Origin: Octopus bimaculoides
Lineage: Eukaryota
DNA: 35,343 bases
Assembly: GCF_001194135.2 (NCBI RefSeq)
Contig: NC_068983.1
Location: forward strand, 2,110,538-2,145,880
Direction of reading: 5' to 3'
Shown: positions 33,228 to 35,343 of the stretch, piece by piece
How positions within the stretch are numbered: position 1 is the first letter of the stretch
Layout of the letters: each line of letters opens with the position of its first letter
The notes under the pieces: generated by a model
The model's input: the letters and a program-made list of their open reading frames with translations, nothing else
Database searches by the model: none
Told to the model about the DNA's origin: nothing
Program-made: the position numbers and the translations under genes

Positions 33228-34799
33228 TACTTAACTGTTTGCAGGCGGCAGTGTGTAAGATTCTCCGTTTTTTTCCCGTCCTTGTTTTCGTATACATTCG
33301 TTGCTTTCTTCCAAGGAATCTAATGCTCTTAGCTTAGTTTTTCCTTAGGACTGGCCAGATTGGAGCAATCTCGAGGATAACCAACCGAAATTGCGAAGAT
33401 AATCTGGAACTCGACTGAGCGAAGAAAACTCCGAATGACCCGTCTTTGTTTTCTTTGTATCGTCTATCCGGATGTTTTGTGTTCTTGTCACAATGTGTGT
33501 GCGTTTGTGCGTGTATGTGAGTGTGTGTGCGATGTCCAGTCAGTTGCGCACTAAATAAGAAGCAAATAATNNNNNNNNNNNNNNNNNNNNNNNNNNNNNN
33601 NNNNNNNNNNNNNNNNNNNNNNNNNNNNNNNNNNNNNNNNNNNNNNNNNNNNNNNNNNNNNNNNNNNNNNNNNNNNNNNNNNNNNNNNNNNNNNNNNNNN
33701 NNNNNNNNNNNNNNNNNNNNNNNNNNNNNNNNNNNNNNNNNNNNNNNNNNNNNNNNNNNNNNNNNNNNNNNNNNNNNNNTATATATATTTAGTTTTGTAT
33801 TTGATTTTCAAGTTTCATTTATATGAATTTGTCTTGTGTCTGGAGAGAGTCATTCTCTCTTTTAAAATCTATTTCTTGGCATATTTGGCATAGAATTTTA
33901 TTTCTTTTGCCCTTATTTATAAGTTGTTTATAATCTTCACCTTAAAAGGTATTTTTTAATATGCTGGCCACTGATAAATGTTTAAACCTATATTAGATGT
34001 ATAATATGTATAATATGTATAATATATATATATGGAGTATATTAAGGTTGATTGATCTCCCCAACACGAATATTTAAAGTATTAAGTTGCATATTATCTA
34101 TGCAATCTCGGTGCATTGATTGTTTTCTCTGCCTATCGTTTCCATAGGTTCATTTCCGATATTCTTTTGTATTTTCAAGCTTTTCGTCTGTTCTAGCCAA
34201 CGTGTCAGTTGCTACGCCATTCTTCCTTCTGTTTACATTGGTTTAACTCCGCTGTTGATTTCTCCACTTCAGATGCTATAATCTGTCAAGGTATTTCCCC
34301 CCATTGCTTAATTTAGACAGTTTCTAGTTTGTTATAATTCTGTGATTGTCATAGTTGGAGAATGGTACTCAGACGGAAGTTCAACGATGCAACTAATTGG
34401 TTTAATCTAATTGCTGGTAGATTCTATATTGTCTGTGTTTCTCATCGGATCGTAAAAGATTATTTCATTCTGAAGCTTATCCAGCAAAAAATGTTTATGG
34501 TTTATGTTTTTTTTTATTTTGGTTTCGAAATGGAAAATTGTTAAGAAAAACAGATTTTCATGCCATTGTTTCTGGGTCGAAGAATTAGTAACATTCCAGT
34601 ATGATGGTTCAGCCATCGAACGATCAGAGTTGAGATATATTCTCCAGCTGTTTATAGTGAGAGATTAATAAATGCAATGATACCTGGTGCCAAGCCGTAC
34701 CAGAACTTCTTTTCATTCTGAGGACATTACTATGCGTAACAAGGGAAAATGTTCATGAATGGAGGATTGTTGTTAAATATATATACATCAAACTGGCAT

Positions 34800-34975
34800 A
34801 TACATGTATCTGTGTATGTTTGTAGGTACGTATATAGTTCTGTATGTAAGTATGTATGTATGTATTTATGTATGTATGTTTGTATGTGTGTATTTTTGTA
34901 TGTATGTATGTATGTATGTATGTAGGTAGGTAGGTAGGTAGGTAGGTACATACGTATGTACGTACGTACGTATCT
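34800..34975. repeat. (TATG)n/(TAGG)n/(TACG)n microsatellite
   Basis: Read directly. Confidence 0.9.
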
Positions 34976-35191
34976 ATGTTCGTCTGTGGAAACGACGAGG
35001 AGCATTTGGGAACGTCTGTGGGAACGACGAGGAAAGCTGACATGTGCAGTCACTTTGTTGAAAGTGAACAGAAGCTACGGATCTTCTAAGTCATGCTTTC
35101 GTCTGTGACCACCATATATACAGTCGCAATATCAGATCAAGACGACGACTGATACAGATGGAAGCAGTGGATAGCGGAGATATTTTATTTA

Positions 35192-35343
35192 CGCGTGAAA
35201 CAAGATCTTCATCCGCGTAAAACGATGTTGTGCGTATGGTGGGATGGGGAAGGGATTATCCATTATGAATTGCTTGAACAGAAGCAAACGATCAACACGG
35301 AAGTCTATGTCCAACAGATGGAACGACTCAACACGGCTATTCA
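35192..35343 (+). mobile_element. mariner transposase catalytic-domain fragment (runs off window)
   Basis: RVKQDLHPRKTMLCVWWDGEGIIHYELLEQKQTINTEVYVQQMERLNTAI, the canonical mariner HP.K.ML.VWWD..G..HYELL....TIN...Y..Q..RL. Confidence 0.9.

Larger units (their letters stand above)
6009..33779. other. Assembly gaps: 6009-6822, 10056-10631, 12964-12973, 15212-15551, 19109-20052, 23076-23085, 24671-24810, 27180-28102, 31032-31561, 32355-33084, 33571-33779
   Basis: N runs totalling about 5.2 kb, most bordered by (TA)n or (CA)n. Confidence 1.

Noticed and set aside
33405-33450. Hammerhead-like CTGAGCGA..CCGAAT GACCCGTC in a probable dispersed repeat (33290-33490)
   Set aside because: The core has an extra base, GAAA reads GAAT, and stem I does not pair. 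It is too degenerate to support from this copy alone.
5916-33826. Long ORFs in the track containing X runs
   Set aside because: They stay open only because N gaps contain no stop codons, and their flanks are microsatellite translations.

Overview
This is AT-rich, repeat-dense animal genomic DNA, not a prokaryotic locus. About 5.2 kb is N gaps (11 gaps, mostly beside microsatellites). The tRNA-derived SINEs look like those I recall from Octopus; that taxonomic call is an inference. No complete host gene is recognisable, and most ORFs in the supplied track are microsatellite or N-gap artefacts. The supportable content is decayed mobile elements: two CR1/L2-type LINE relics (one with its endonuclease fused directly to the RT C-terminus), a Penelope-like RT fragment, an R4/Dong-type endonuclease fragment, an internally deleted Helitron Rep N-terminus, several Tc1/mariner derivatives and MITEs, a hAT element with a perfect 8-bp TSD carrying nested passengers, and about ten SINE copies. 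The two most interesting unexplained signals are both speculative. One is a minimal type I hammerhead-ribozyme-like fold at 2398-2447, with a more decayed one at 173-265. The other is a set of plus-strand AG..GT-bounded micro-exon candidates (4-26 nt) from 15.9 to 29.8 kb that join in one open frame onto a 125-nt exon candidate at 30323-30447.
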